Shown: positions 35,735 through 44,894 of the stretch, piece after piece | Position numbering within the stretch: the stretch's first letter is position 1 | Layout of the letters: every line of letters starts with the position of its first letter | Assembly: GCA_964396475.1 (NCBI GenBank) | Contig: CAYNFE010000004.1 | Location: 6,519-70,518 of the forward strand | Direction of reading: 5' to 3' | Origin: Candidatus Woesearchaeota archaeon | GTDB taxonomy: Archaea > Nanobdellota > Nanobdellia > Pacearchaeales > UBA284 | Length of the DNA stretch: 64,000 bases | Notes under the pieces: model-generated | Database searches by the model: none | The model's input: the letters and a program-made list of their open reading frames with translations, nothing else | Told to the model about the DNA's origin: nothing | Position numbers and translations under genes: made by a program

Positions 35735-35962
35735 ATGAAAGAAATAACATTCAACAAAGGAGAAACATTTCATGCAGAACCTAGCCAGCTTGAGAAAAAT
35801 TTATTTGGTGTTTTCTGTCCTTCTTGTAAACAAAAAACAGATTTTGAATACATTGGTGATATTAAAAGTGAGAGAATAATGCCTTTCTATAATTGCACTA
35901 CATGTAATTCTACAAGATCTTTTATTGATATTATAAAATATAACAAAAAAAGAATTAGTTAA
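35735..35962 (+). CDS. Small zinc-ribbon protein (75 aa)
   Basis: Two CxxC pairs (CPSCKQ ... CTTCNS) spaced for a zinc ribbon. Confidence 0.5.
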   Translation: MKEITFNKGETFHAEPSQLEKNLFGVFCPSCKQKTDFEYIGDIKSERIMPFYNCTTCNSTRSFIDIIKYNKKRIS

Positions 35963-35968
35963 AAATTC

Positions 35969-36502
35969 TTATTTTTTATTTGAATAATTAGAAGTATCTA
36001 CTATTTTTTCTACGTCATCAAACATCTGTTTGCTGAGATATTTGTTAAGAGTCTTTTTTGCTTGGTGATCATTTTTTAATGCGAACAATAAATCATCTAA
36101 TTTTTTATCTACATATTCTTCTGTACCATTTATTAATTTTTGAATTTTAATTTTATTATTTTTTTCTGAACTTAAAGCAGCAACGTAAAGTGGCATCTCA
36201 AGAATACCTTTCTCTTTATATTCCCTAAACAAGGTTTCAGCTTTTCTGTAAATTTCCCCTCTCCTGTCTAGATCTTTATCTAATTGAGCATTTATATCAG
36301 AAGAATATTCTCCTATATTTTTTACTATTCCTTCTATTTTAACCATTCCTCTCATCTGTTGAATAGCTGTTCTCCAGAAAACTAAAAAACCTTTAGCATA
36401 TTTGTAAGAATCCAATTTCTTAAGCTGTTCTATATCTAATATTCCCATTCCAGCTATAGATAAATTCTTTTCATCTCCATCTAAATTAACTAATCTTGTC
36501 AT
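35969..36502 (-). CDS. Hypothetical protein (177 aa)
   Basis: ORF with normal composition; no motif recognised. Confidence 0.5.
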   Translation of the reverse strand: MTRLVNLDGDEKNLSIAGMGILDIEQLKKLDSYKYAKGFLVFWRTAIQQMRGMVKIEGIVKNIGEYSSDINAQLDKDLDRRGEIYRKAETLFREYKEKGILEMPLYVAALSSEKNNKIKIQKLINGTEEYVDKKLDDLLFALKNDHQAKKTLNKYLSKQMFDDVEKIVDTSNYSNKK

Positions 36503-36603
36503 TCTAAAACTTAAAAGAAATATTTATTTATAAAGCTTTCTATTTTAACTATGATAGAGTAATTACATTATTGTTCAATTAATCTTTGCTTCAAAATCAA
36601 AAA

Positions 36604-37740
36604 TCAAGATAAAGCTTCTTCACAAGTTTTAACATATTTTCCCATAGTACTATCCCATGTTAAAGTTTCTCTTATTTGTTCTATAATGCTTTTTTTTATT
36701 GATAATCCCACATTTTCTTTAACTTTATCTATTACTTTTTCTGTTGAACTAAAATCTTCTAGAATTAGATTTGTTAAACCAATCTCTTGGAAAATTTCTG
36801 ATACTCCCATATTTTCACTAATTAATGCGGGAGTTCCTGTTGCTATAGATTCTGCAGGCACATTACCATATGTTTCAAAAAAAGAAGGGCAAATTATTAT
36901 CCCCATTTCCCTGAAGAAATCATTTAATTTATCAGTACTCATCGTTGGAATTATCCTTATGTTTCTATCTTCTAACTCTTTCTTTATTTTTTTACCGTCT
37001 TTTATTTTTGATACTGCTGATATATCATATTTATCACCTTTCTTATCCAAAACTTTTGCTAAAGATATTAAAAATTCTAAATTCTTAATAGGATGATTTC
37101 TTCCAACAAAACCTATTGAATTTTTATTTTTAGAAGTATAAGATTCTTTAAAAAATTCCTTAGATATTCCATTTGGTATAACTATGGATTTTTCAATTTT
37201 TCTTCCAAATATTTTTTCAACTTCTCTTTTAGTTAATCGTGATGGAAAAATATAGAAATTATCTAACCTGTTAAAATCTAATTCTATTTGTCTGAATAAA
37301 TTATTTAAAGGTTCAGGAACATCTGATTCTTCTTTTGTTAGAATTCCTGCATAAACAACTATCATTGGTATATTCAATTTTTTTGTTGCTCTGTGAATCA
37401 TCCAAGGTGCATAAAATGTTCCTTCTGATAATACCAGATCTATTTTTTCATCAGATATTATTTTCTCAATAGTTTCAATAGTTGGATTAAATCTTTTTTC
37501 TAGATTATCGATATTTTTTAATCCTTTATAAATATCTATTGTGTGTTCTATTTTTTTATCACTATTAATAGGAACATGATAAATTTTTACAGAGCCCTTT
37601 CTTTCTATTTTATAATTCTCTTTTGATACTCCTATAACAGTCAATGGAAGTTTTTTCTTTTCAAAGTATCGAATCATCTCATTAGCTCTTTTTGATATTC
37701 CTCCGCCTGAATGAAGGTTTGTATTTGTTAAAATATTCAT
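36604..37740 (-). CDS. Glycosyltransferase family 4 (GT-B fold)
   Basis: C-terminal ICPSFFETYGNVPAESIATGTPAL matches the E..G....EA.a.G.P motif of GT4 enzymes. Confidence 0.8.
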   Translation of the reverse strand: MNILTNTNLHSGGGISKRANEMIRYFEKKKLPLTVIGVSKENYKIERKGSVKIYHVPINSDKKIEHTIDIYKGLKNIDNLEKRFNPTIETIEKIISDEKIDLVLSEGTFYAPWMIHRATKKLNIPMIVVYAGILTKEESDVPEPLNNLFRQIELDFNRLDNFYIFPSRLTKREVEKIFGRKIEKSIVIPNGISKEFFKESYTSKNKNSIGFVGRNHPIKNLEFLISLAKVLDKKGDKYDISAVSKIKDGKKIKKELEDRNIRIIPTMSTDKLNDFFREMGIIICPSFFETYGNVPAESIATGTPALISENMGVSEIFQEIGLTNLILEDFSSTEKVIDKVKENVGLSIKKSIIEQIRETLTWDSTMGKYVKTCEEALS

Positions 37741-37861
37741 TTAAAAATTAATTAATATAATTTAATTTATGATAAAAAGACACAATTCTTTATAAATCTT
37801 TTCTATAATCCCTTAAAAATTACAACAAATCGATCTAAGAACAATCAAAATGAATTTATCC

Positions 37862-38191
37862 TTACTCTATTTTGCTTCCTAAGTCAATATCTTTTTCAGG
37901 AGCTAACAAAATAACCTTACTCTTATCTTTATTCACAGCAGCCATAATCATACCTTCACTCTTAATTCCTCTTATAGTCGCTGGCTCAAGATTTGTAAAT
38001 ACAACACATAACTTTCCTTTCAATTCTTCTGGTTTGTAATGCTCTTTAAGCCCAGCAACCAAGGTCTTCTTTTCTCCACCTAAGTCTATCTCTAACAGAT
38101 ACAATTTCTCTGCATTTGGATGGTCTTTGACATCCAGAATTTTCGCAATCCTAAGATCAAGTTTTTGCCACTCCTTAAATGCTATTTCCAT
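37862..38191 (-). CDS. Stand-alone tRNA-binding domain protein (Trbp111/EMAP-like, equivalent to the MetRS C-terminal domain)
   Basis: DLRIAKILDVKDHPNAEKLYLLEIDLGGEKKTLVAGLKEHY...GIKSEGMIMAA is the OB-fold tRNA-binding motif. Confidence 0.8.
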   Translation of the reverse strand: MEIAFKEWQKLDLRIAKILDVKDHPNAEKLYLLEIDLGGEKKTLVAGLKEHYKPEELKGKLCVVFTNLEPATIRGIKSEGMIMAAVNKDKSKVILLAPEKDIDLGSKIE

Positions 38192-38199
38192 TTTTTATT

Positions 38200-39627
38200 T
38201 TATTCCCCCATTTTTATCTTTTCAAAAAGAATAGGTGATTTTTTTATTGATTTAACTTCAAGAGGATTATTGATCTGATCAAGAGATTTAATTTCAAATC
38301 CAAGACTTTTAGCTATCTTCTCACTTGTTTCAGGAATAAATGGCCATAACAAAATAGAGAGGGCTTTAATACTATCAACGAGCTCATACAGAACTTTCTT
38401 ATCTTGAGTTTCCCATGGCTTTTTTTCCTGTACATAAGTATTGCATTTATCAACAAATTCAAATATTAAAGTTAAAGCCTTGTCTAATTCATATTCTTCA
38501 AATTTCTTTTTTATTTCTTCTAATTTTAATTTCTTAAGCAGGCTATTCTCAATTTTCTCAATTCCATTTTTCTCTGCTAATGCGCTGACCCTACTAATTA
38601 AATTGCCAAGTTTGTCTGCTAATTCTTTATTATTTCTTTCAATCAAAATATCTTTACTATAGTCAGAATCCTCAAAAATATTACATCTTAATAACGAATA
38701 TCTCAAAGAATCACTAGGATAGTTTTCAAGTAATTTAAGAGGGTCAATTATATTTCCTAAACTTTTACTTATTTTTGTTCCTTTAAGATTTAAGAAGCTA
38801 TGAACCAAAAGTTTCTTAGGAAGTTCATAATCTGTTGAAATTAATATTGCTGGCCATATAACTGAATGAAACCAATTAATATCTTTACCAATAATATGTA
38901 AATCAGCTGGCCAATTCCCACTTGCTCCAGAAATATAATTAGTTAAGGCATCAATCCAGACATAAATTTTGAATTTTGGATCTATAGGAGAATCAATTCC
39001 CCAATCTAAGTTAGTTCTTGAAACACACAAATCTTTGAGCTCTTCTGTTTTTAATCTGGAAAGAATTTCATTTTTCTTAGATTTAGGAATAATATATTTT
39101 GGAACAAACTCTATAAGCTGATCTCTATATTTACTTAACTTGAAAAAATAAGCTTCTTCTTTTAATAATACTATCTCACGATTTGGATGTTGCGGACATT
39201 TTCCGTCAACTAAATCTTTTTCAGTTTTATAAGCTTCGCAACCATAACAATAAGACCCTTCATAAGTTCCTTTGTAAATATCTCCTTTATCATAAGCTTT
39301 CTTGAATATTTCTTGAGCTGTCTTTACATGTCTTTGTTCTGTAGTTCTGATAAAATCATCATTACTAATGCTTAATTTCTTACAAAGCTCAATGAAAATT
39401 TTAGAGTTCTTATCAACAAATTCTTGTGTTGGAATTCCTGCTTCCTTGGCTGCTTGAGCATTTTTTTGTGCATTTTCATCTGTTCCTGTAAGAAAGAAAA
39501 CCTCCTTTCCATTAAGCTTTTGCCATCTTGCTATAGCATCAGCTAGAACTTTTTCAAATGCATGACCTATATGTGGCCTAGCATTTACATAATCTATTGC
39601 TGTTGTTATGTAAAATTTCTTTGTCAT
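38200..39627 (-). CDS. metG: Methionyl-tRNA synthetase, catalytic core lacking the C-terminal tRNA-binding domain
   Basis: HIGH motif (ARPHIGHAF), KMSKS variant KISKSLGN, and zinc knuckle CYGCEA...CPQH. Confidence 0.95.
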   Translation of the reverse strand: MTKKFYITTAIDYVNARPHIGHAFEKVLADAIARWQKLNGKEVFFLTGTDENAQKNAQAAKEAGIPTQEFVDKNSKIFIELCKKLSISNDDFIRTTEQRHVKTAQEIFKKAYDKGDIYKGTYEGSYCYGCEAYKTEKDLVDGKCPQHPNREIVLLKEEAYFFKLSKYRDQLIEFVPKYIIPKSKKNEILSRLKTEELKDLCVSRTNLDWGIDSPIDPKFKIYVWIDALTNYISGASGNWPADLHIIGKDINWFHSVIWPAILISTDYELPKKLLVHSFLNLKGTKISKSLGNIIDPLKLLENYPSDSLRYSLLRCNIFEDSDYSKDILIERNNKELADKLGNLISRVSALAEKNGIEKIENSLLKKLKLEEIKKKFEEYELDKALTLIFEFVDKCNTYVQEKKPWETQDKKVLYELVDSIKALSILLWPFIPETSEKIAKSLGFEIKSLDQINNPLEVKSIKKSPILFEKIKMGE

Positions 39628-39662
39628 AAAAAATTAAGAACAAGGAGACTTAAAAAAGTTTC

Positions 39663-40790
39663 TTAAACTAATTCTATTTTTCTAGTTCTAACTTTTTTCT
39701 CGAGCCATATATCACAATAAACTTTTGCAAGATGACCATAATAATTTTCTTTTTTAGTAAAAACTTGGTTTCTAAGTTTCATATAAAATTCAATAGCATC
39801 TTCATTTGGTTTGAAAAAAGGAGATGAAGCTATGTATGGATTAGGATATGTTATTGGTTTTCCTCTCTGCCAATCCATGCTTAAGGCTTTTCTGAAGGCT
39901 GCTATCTCATGGACACAATACCATATTTGATTTGGTCTTAGATAAGAGATAAACCAAGTTTTATCTTCACAAGTGCATGCTGGTTCTATCCAAAAATCTG
40001 TCCACACTGCATGAAATTCCTTATTAAGATCTGGATATTTATTATCTGGAAATGCCTCGGGAATCTTTCTGAATTTAATATTCTTATAAAATTTCTCTCT
40101 CTTGCTTGTAGAAGGAACTTTTTTGACAATTCTTACAGCCTCCCTACTCAAAATAATCTTACGAGGCTTGTCTGATATTTGTGTAAGCATTTTTCTCTGC
40201 TTAATCTTTAACAACTCACGTCTTATTGAAGCTTTTTCATGAATTGGCAATTTATTCATAGCTTTGGTTTTTAAAAGATTCTCAAGAGTATCATATCTCT
40301 TAATTTCAATCAAAGATGCAGCATTTTTTGCATGTAAAAATCCTTCAATTGCATCAGAAATCAAGTAGTTCTTAGTCTTCTTATCAGTGATACCTCTATA
40401 ATTGATTCCAGCATAATCCTCACATAAGGTTTCTGGCTTTGATTGATATCTCTCTTGCATCTGTCTTATTTTCTCTCTTATTAGTTTTCTAGGAGTAATT
40501 TCTTGCTCTATAGCTGCTCTCTTAGAATAAACTCTTCTTAGTGTTATTGGCCTTACATTTTTCCTGACAGTTCGTGCATCAACTTTATAGAGAAAACCTT
40601 CAGGAAGAACAACAGCAGATTCATGATCAAGAGAAGCAATTAGATGTAGAATTTCAACTGTCTGTTCTAGTCTAGGCTTGCCTGATTCCCTTATTTCCAT
40701 CTCTTCATTCTCATTCAAATCATAGATAATAGAAAAATCTGTTTTATTAGGTAATTTGTTAGCTTCAATTATTTCATCCCAAGCATTCAT
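39663..40790 (-). CDS. SWIM zinc-finger protein (375 aa), otherwise uncharacterised
   Basis: ACTCEDKTWFISYLRPNQIWYCVHEIA fits the SWIM pattern CxCx(n)CxH. The rest has no recognised motif. Confidence 0.55.
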   Translation of the reverse strand: MNAWDEIIEANKLPNKTDFSIIYDLNENEEMEIRESGKPRLEQTVEILHLIASLDHESAVVLPEGFLYKVDARTVRKNVRPITLRRVYSKRAAIEQEITPRKLIREKIRQMQERYQSKPETLCEDYAGINYRGITDKKTKNYLISDAIEGFLHAKNAASLIEIKRYDTLENLLKTKAMNKLPIHEKASIRRELLKIKQRKMLTQISDKPRKIILSREAVRIVKKVPSTSKREKFYKNIKFRKIPEAFPDNKYPDLNKEFHAVWTDFWIEPACTCEDKTWFISYLRPNQIWYCVHEIAAFRKALSMDWQRGKPITYPNPYIASSPFFKPNEDAIEFYMKLRNQVFTKKENYYGHLAKVYCDIWLEKKVRTRKIELV

Positions 40791-41173
40791 TTTACCTCTA
40801 CTCCTTTAATTTCTGGTTTGTAAAATTGTTTAGGTATTTCTGATTTTTCACCATTATTATACTCTTTTTTGTATTTCTCTATTTCATTTTCCATAGCTTT
40901 AAGATATGCAATTTTATCATAATTAATTCCTATGTTACATATGCTAGGTAAAGATTTATTTCTTTCAAATTCAAGCATTAATTTAGAACCTTCTTTTCTA
41001 GAAAGATAAACAAAACAAGCACATTTCAATTTACCCTCAAGATGATTTGGTATTGTAAGTTTAACAAGTTCACCAAAAATCTTTTCTGTTCTAGGGCAAT
41101 AGAACTCCATCTTTCCTGTCTCTTTATTTTCTCTCATCCCAACAGGAACCATTATATTTGGTTTAAATTCCAT
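40787..41173 (-). CDS. Hypothetical protein (128 aa), coupled to the SWIM gene
   Basis: 4-nt overlap with the downstream SWIM ORF; contains scattered Cys (CPR...CAC). Confidence 0.5.
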   Translation of the reverse strand: MEFKPNIMVPVGMRENKETGKMEFYCPRTEKIFGELVKLTIPNHLEGKLKCACFVYLSRKEGSKLMLEFERNKSLPSICNIGINYDKIAYLKAMENEIEKYKKEYNNGEKSEIPKQFYKPEIKGVEVK

Positions 41174-41242
41174 TTTTTTCCCCGCCCTCTCTATTCAACA
41201 TATAATTAATATTTATAAATATTTATTCACTCAATAACATAA

Positions 41243-41313
41243 GCGCCAGTAGTCTAATGGTAGGACGCAAGCTTCCCAAGCTTGCAATGTGGGTTCGATT
41301 CCCACTTGGCGCA
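41243..41313 (+). tRNA. tRNA-Gly (anticodon CCC)
   Basis: Hand fold: acceptor GCGCCAG/TTGGCGC, D arm GTCT-AATGGTA-GGAC, anticodon arm CAAGC-TTCCCAA-GCTTG, T arm GTGGG-TTCGATT-CCCAC, discriminator A. Confidence 0.9.
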
Positions 41314-41371
41314 TTTCATATTTTAAAAAAATATTTAAATACTCTTTAACTTATCTATTAAAAGAGATAAA

Positions 41372-41872
41372 ATGTCAGAATTAAGTCCAGTATATGAGGG
41401 TAAGGTAGTCCACGCAGGACTTTTTGATTTTAAAGAGATTTATGGATTTCTTTATGAATGGTTCACTTCTTATGAATATGTAGTTTTAGAAAAGAAATAT
41501 AGTGAAAAAGTAAAAGCTCAGGGTAAGGATGTTGAAATTGAATGGCTTTGCTTGAGAAAGATTAGTGATTATTTCAGATTCAGAATTAAAATAACTATAA
41601 GAATCTTAGGCTTAACTGTTGTTGAAGTCACTCGTGCTGGAACTAAAATAAATAAAGACAAAGGTGAAATAGAAATAAAATTTGGCTCTTATTTGGAAAG
41701 GGATTATGAAAACAAATGGGAATCAAATCCAATAACAAAATTTTTCCGTGGGATTTATGATAAATATATAATAAAAAGCAGAATAGAGGCTTATGAAGAC
41801 AGGCTTGGGACAGAAATAGATGAAATTATTGCTCAAATAAAATCATTTCTTGCTCTAGAAGGTAGAAGATAG
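41372..41872 (+). CDS. Hypothetical protein (166 aa)
   Basis: ORF with balanced composition; no motif recognised. Confidence 0.5.
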   Translation: MSELSPVYEGKVVHAGLFDFKEIYGFLYEWFTSYEYVVLEKKYSEKVKAQGKDVEIEWLCLRKISDYFRFRIKITIRILGLTVVEVTRAGTKINKDKGEIEIKFGSYLERDYENKWESNPITKFFRGIYDKYIIKSRIEAYEDRLGTEIDEIIAQIKSFLALEGRR

Positions 41873-42274
41873 TTAAAGTTTGTATATCCTTTCTCTTAAT
41901 TTTTCTAACTCTATCTCTTGTTTTGTCTTTTTTCTCTTTTTCTTTAGTTTTTGTTTCTTTTTTGCTGTTTTTTTTATTTTTGTTTTTTTCTTCTCTATTT
42001 TTTCTTTTTTCTTTGTTTTTACTCCTTTCTTCAAGATAGATGGCTTTAGTTCTTTTTTTTCTAATTCTGGTAATGCTTCTTTTATCTTTGATATCTCTAA
42101 ATCTATATCTTTCATCGCTTTCGTAAGGCCTCTAGCAGCATATTTTTTACTTTTCTTTAATTTTGATACTCTTTTACCTGTATCTTGAAAAGTATCACTA
42201 GTAGCTAAAGCCCTGCTGATAGCTCTTTTAATAGCTATTTCTTCTTCTGGATCTAGTTTGATATAGGCAACCAT
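41873..42274 (-). CDS. Hypothetical Lys-rich protein (133 aa from the internal ATG)
   Basis: The start is moved to MVAYIKLDPEEE at 42274, 10 nt after the upstream stop. The C-terminal half is a poly-Lys tract. Confidence 0.45.
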   Translation of the reverse strand: MVAYIKLDPEEEIAIKRAISRALATSDTFQDTGKRVSKLKKSKKYAARGLTKAMKDIDLEISKIKEALPELEKKELKPSILKKGVKTKKKEKIEKKKTKIKKTAKKKQKLKKKRKKTKQEIELEKLRERIYKL

Positions 42275-42284
42275 TGTAGAAAAA

Positions 42285-42845
42285 TTAATTTTCAACTTTT
42301 GATAAGGTTTCTTCAATCTCCTCAAGTCTAATTTTTATCTCCTCAATTTCCTGTTCCCACTTATCCATCTCTTCATCTTCCTTATCTCTTATCTCCTTCA
42401 ATTTCTTCATAACCTGTGAAATATCAACGACTCTTTTTTCTATATCTTCGACACTTGCAAGAATCTGCTTAAATTTGTCAATTTTTATGAAAAGGGATCT
42501 TCTAGATTTAGGCCCTTCTAAAGTATATTTCATTTTTGGAGCTTTGATTACTTTTGCTCTTCCTCTGCCTTTGGGAAGTTTCTTCCTTAATCCTATTTCC
42601 TGAGTTAATTTTTTTGGTAATTTTTTTTCTATTTTTTTCTTCTCTTCTCTTGATACCCCATCTTCTATCATCTGTGGAAGCTCGGGAAGTTCAGAAGATG
42701 GCATCTCTGGTAGTTCTGGAAGATCTAATAAATCTTCTGGAGGCAGTTCTTTAACAGCTTTTTTCATCTCTTCAATCTCAGGATAACTAAAATCAGGGGT
42801 CTTTATCTCCTTTACCTCTTTTTTCTTTTTCTTAAAAATAGGCAT
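42285..42845 (-). CDS. Hypothetical coiled-coil protein with N-terminal PELPE-type proline/acidic repeats
   Basis: LPPEDLLDLPELPEMPSSELPELPQM repeats, a basic linker, and a C-terminal heptad region (FIKIDKFKQILASVEDIEKRV...EIEEIKIRLEEIEETL). Confidence 0.5.
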   Translation of the reverse strand: MPIFKKKKKEVKEIKTPDFSYPEIEEMKKAVKELPPEDLLDLPELPEMPSSELPELPQMIEDGVSREEKKKIEKKLPKKLTQEIGLRKKLPKGRGRAKVIKAPKMKYTLEGPKSRRSLFIKIDKFKQILASVEDIEKRVVDISQVMKKLKEIRDKEDEEMDKWEQEIEEIKIRLEEIEETLSKVEN

Positions 42846-43008
42846 AAGTTAAAAAACGTTTTATATTATTTAAAGATTACGAAAAACACGTATTTATCAA
42901 AAAAGGACAAATGATATCTAAAATACTTAAATAATATATTTAAACGAAATATATTTAAAATAGAGGAGTTTGAAAGAGACATAAACAGAAAAAATAGAAA
43001 AGAGGAAG

Positions 43009-43827
43009 ATGATTCGAGTAAAAGATAAAAAACTTTATTCTTTGATTAAAGAATTAATAAGAATAATCGCTGGCAAGAATTCTGAGCCTATAGTAGATAT
43101 TCTTTTTCAGAAGAAGAATGTTAATGAATTTAAAATAGCTGATAAACTTGGCATAACAATAAATCAGGCCCGTAATATTATATACAAGCTTTCTAAATTT
43201 AATATATTAGATTCTATAAGAAAAAAAGACAAACGCCGTGGCTGGTATACTTATTTTTGGACTTTAAACAATATTAAAGCCTTACATACTCTTTTCAGAC
43301 TGAAAAAGAGAGAAATTCAATTAATGATACAAATTCTAAAAAACAGAAAAATGAAAAATTTCTATATATGCTCTGCTGATAACATAGAAATGAGCGAGGA
43401 AACAGCCATGCATTATGCTTTCTTATGCCCAGAATGTGGAGAACTACTTCAACCAGTACCAAGAGAAAGAAAAATCAAGGAAATATCAACAAGAATAGAA
43501 CAGATAAGAAGACAATTAAATGCTATAAAATTAGAACTTGAAAGAATAACCCCAAAACCAAAATTAAAGGTTAAGAAGAAAAAAAGAAAAATTAAGAAGA
43601 AAAAGAAGAAAAAACCAAAGAAGAAAATACAAAAGAAAAAACTTAGAAAAATTCTGAAAATAGTGAGAAAGAAAAAGAAAGTCAAAAAGAAAAAAAAGCG
43701 TAAAAAGAAACCTAAAAGAAAGAAAATTAAGAAAAAGAAAACTAAAGCTAAAGTCAAGAAGAAAAAAGTTAAGAAAAAACCCAAGAAGATTAAGAAGAAG
43801 AAAATCAAAAAGAAAAGAAAGAGATAA
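43009..43827 (+). CDS. tfe: Transcription factor E (TFE/TFIIE-alpha homologue) with ~90-aa poly-lysine C-terminal tail
   Basis: N-terminal winged helix (EPIVDILFQKKNVNEFKIADKLGITINQARNIIYKLSKFNILDS..RRGWYTYFWTLN), a partial zinc ribbon (CPECGELL), then K/R-rich low complexity from ~nt 43555. Confidence 0.7.
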   Translation: MIRVKDKKLYSLIKELIRIIAGKNSEPIVDILFQKKNVNEFKIADKLGITINQARNIIYKLSKFNILDSIRKKDKRRGWYTYFWTLNNIKALHTLFRLKKREIQLMIQILKNRKMKNFYICSADNIEMSEETAMHYAFLCPECGELLQPVPRERKIKEISTRIEQIRRQLNAIKLELERITPKPKLKVKKKKRKIKKKKKKKPKKKIQKKKLRKILKIVRKKKKVKKKKKRKKKPKRKKIKKKKTKAKVKKKKVKKKPKKIKKKKIKKKRKR

Positions 43828-44567
43828 TGATAAAAAGAAAATCAAATCCTAAAAAAGATCATTATTCTTACACATATAATTATAAAAAACCAAAACCAAA
43901 GAAAAAATTCAGTGCTACTCTTACTTTGATCATTCTGAATGTTGTTATCTTTCTTATTTTAATGATTTTTGGATTTTTCAATGATGCTCAGTGTACAGGA
44001 ATATGCAAACAGATTTCTCTTCAGCCTGCTTCCATCCTTCAAGGGCAGTATTTGTGGACAATAATAACAAGTATGTTCGCACATGGTGGAATTGGACATC
44101 TTTTTGTTAATATGCTTTCCTTATTTTTCTTAGGCTCATTTCTCGAACGTCTTGTGGGAAATAAAAAATTCTTAGCCGTATACTTTGCATCTGGAATAAT
44201 TGCCTCATTATTCTTTGTTTTATTTTCCATATCTCCATTAAGTCTTATTCCAGGAATGGGTATTACTCCAGATAAATTTGCAGTAGGTGCTTCTGGAGCT
44301 ATATTTGGAATAGGGGGTGTTCTTGCTATTCTTACACCAAAAGTTCCTGTTTTTATCATGTTTATACCTATTCCAATGCCTTTATGGTTTGGAATTGCTC
44401 TAATTTTTGTATTAATGTGGGTTGTTACTGCTGCAGCTGGTCTGCCTGTTGGTAATGCTGCACATCTTGGAGGTTTGGTTATTGGTATAATGTATGGCTT
44501 CTATCTAAGAATAAAATATAAGAAAAAAGTGGCTATTCTAGATAAACATTTCAAATTTAGAAGATAA
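43827..44567 (+). CDS. Rhomboid family intramembrane serine protease
   Basis: Catalytic GASGAIFG and downstream AHLGG motifs in a 6-TM protein. The ATG shares one base with the TFE stop codon. Confidence 0.85.
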   Translation: MIKRKSNPKKDHYSYTYNYKKPKPKKKFSATLTLIILNVVIFLILMIFGFFNDAQCTGICKQISLQPASILQGQYLWTIITSMFAHGGIGHLFVNMLSLFFLGSFLERLVGNKKFLAVYFASGIIASLFFVLFSISPLSLIPGMGITPDKFAVGASGAIFGIGGVLAILTPKVPVFIMFIPIPMPLWFGIALIFVLMWVVTAAAGLPVGNAAHLGGLVIGIMYGFYLRIKYKKKVAILDKHFKFRR

Positions 44568-44572
44568 TTATA

Positions 44573-44797
44573 TTACATATCCTCAGGTCCAGGTCCACCA
44601 TACCAACTTACTAATCTATACACAGCTCTTGCAATTTTTTCTGGAAGAGTATAGAAACTATAATTTATCCTTTGTCCTAAGGTAGGTCCAGGATATTCTT
44701 GTTCTGGTTTCTCTATCATGGCTCGAGGCAGAGGAGGTTTATCTCCATTTCTTATAATATTAAAACCTTTAGGAAATTTATCACTTATCTCTGTCAT
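44573..44797 (-). CDS. Hypothetical small protein (74 aa)
   Basis: ORF only; proline-rich, with no motif recognised. Confidence 0.35.
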   Translation of the reverse strand: MTEISDKFPKGFNIIRNGDKPPLPRAMIEKPEQEYPGPTLGQRINYSFYTLPEKIARAVYRLVSWYGGPGPEDM

Positions 44798-44894
44798 AGT
44801 AATAAAAATACAGGTTTCTTTATAAAATTTTCTATAAAAAAAGCCCGTCGGGACCTTTAAAAAGCTTTAAAAGGACCTTTTTCCTTAATTCCAA

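Noticed and set aside
41880-42188. Plus-strand 102-aa F-rich ORF
   Set aside because: It is antisense to the Lys-rich tail of the 41873..42274 gene, the same poly-A/T artefact.
43449-43845. Two minus-strand ORFs (119 and 93 aa) rich in F/L opposite the TFE tail
   Set aside because: They are the antisense readout of the poly-AAG/AAA lysine tract. The composition is extremely biased, no start context is visible, and they are fully contained in a well-supported gene.
44840-44880. Repeated CTTTAAAA elements (GGACCTTTAAAAAGCTTTAAAAGGACCTTT) upstream of tbp as a special regulatory site
   Set aside because: It is most simply a TATA-box-like promoter element about 25-40 nt from the ATG. The apparent symmetry is imperfect, and it cannot be distinguished from ordinary promoter sequence by eye.
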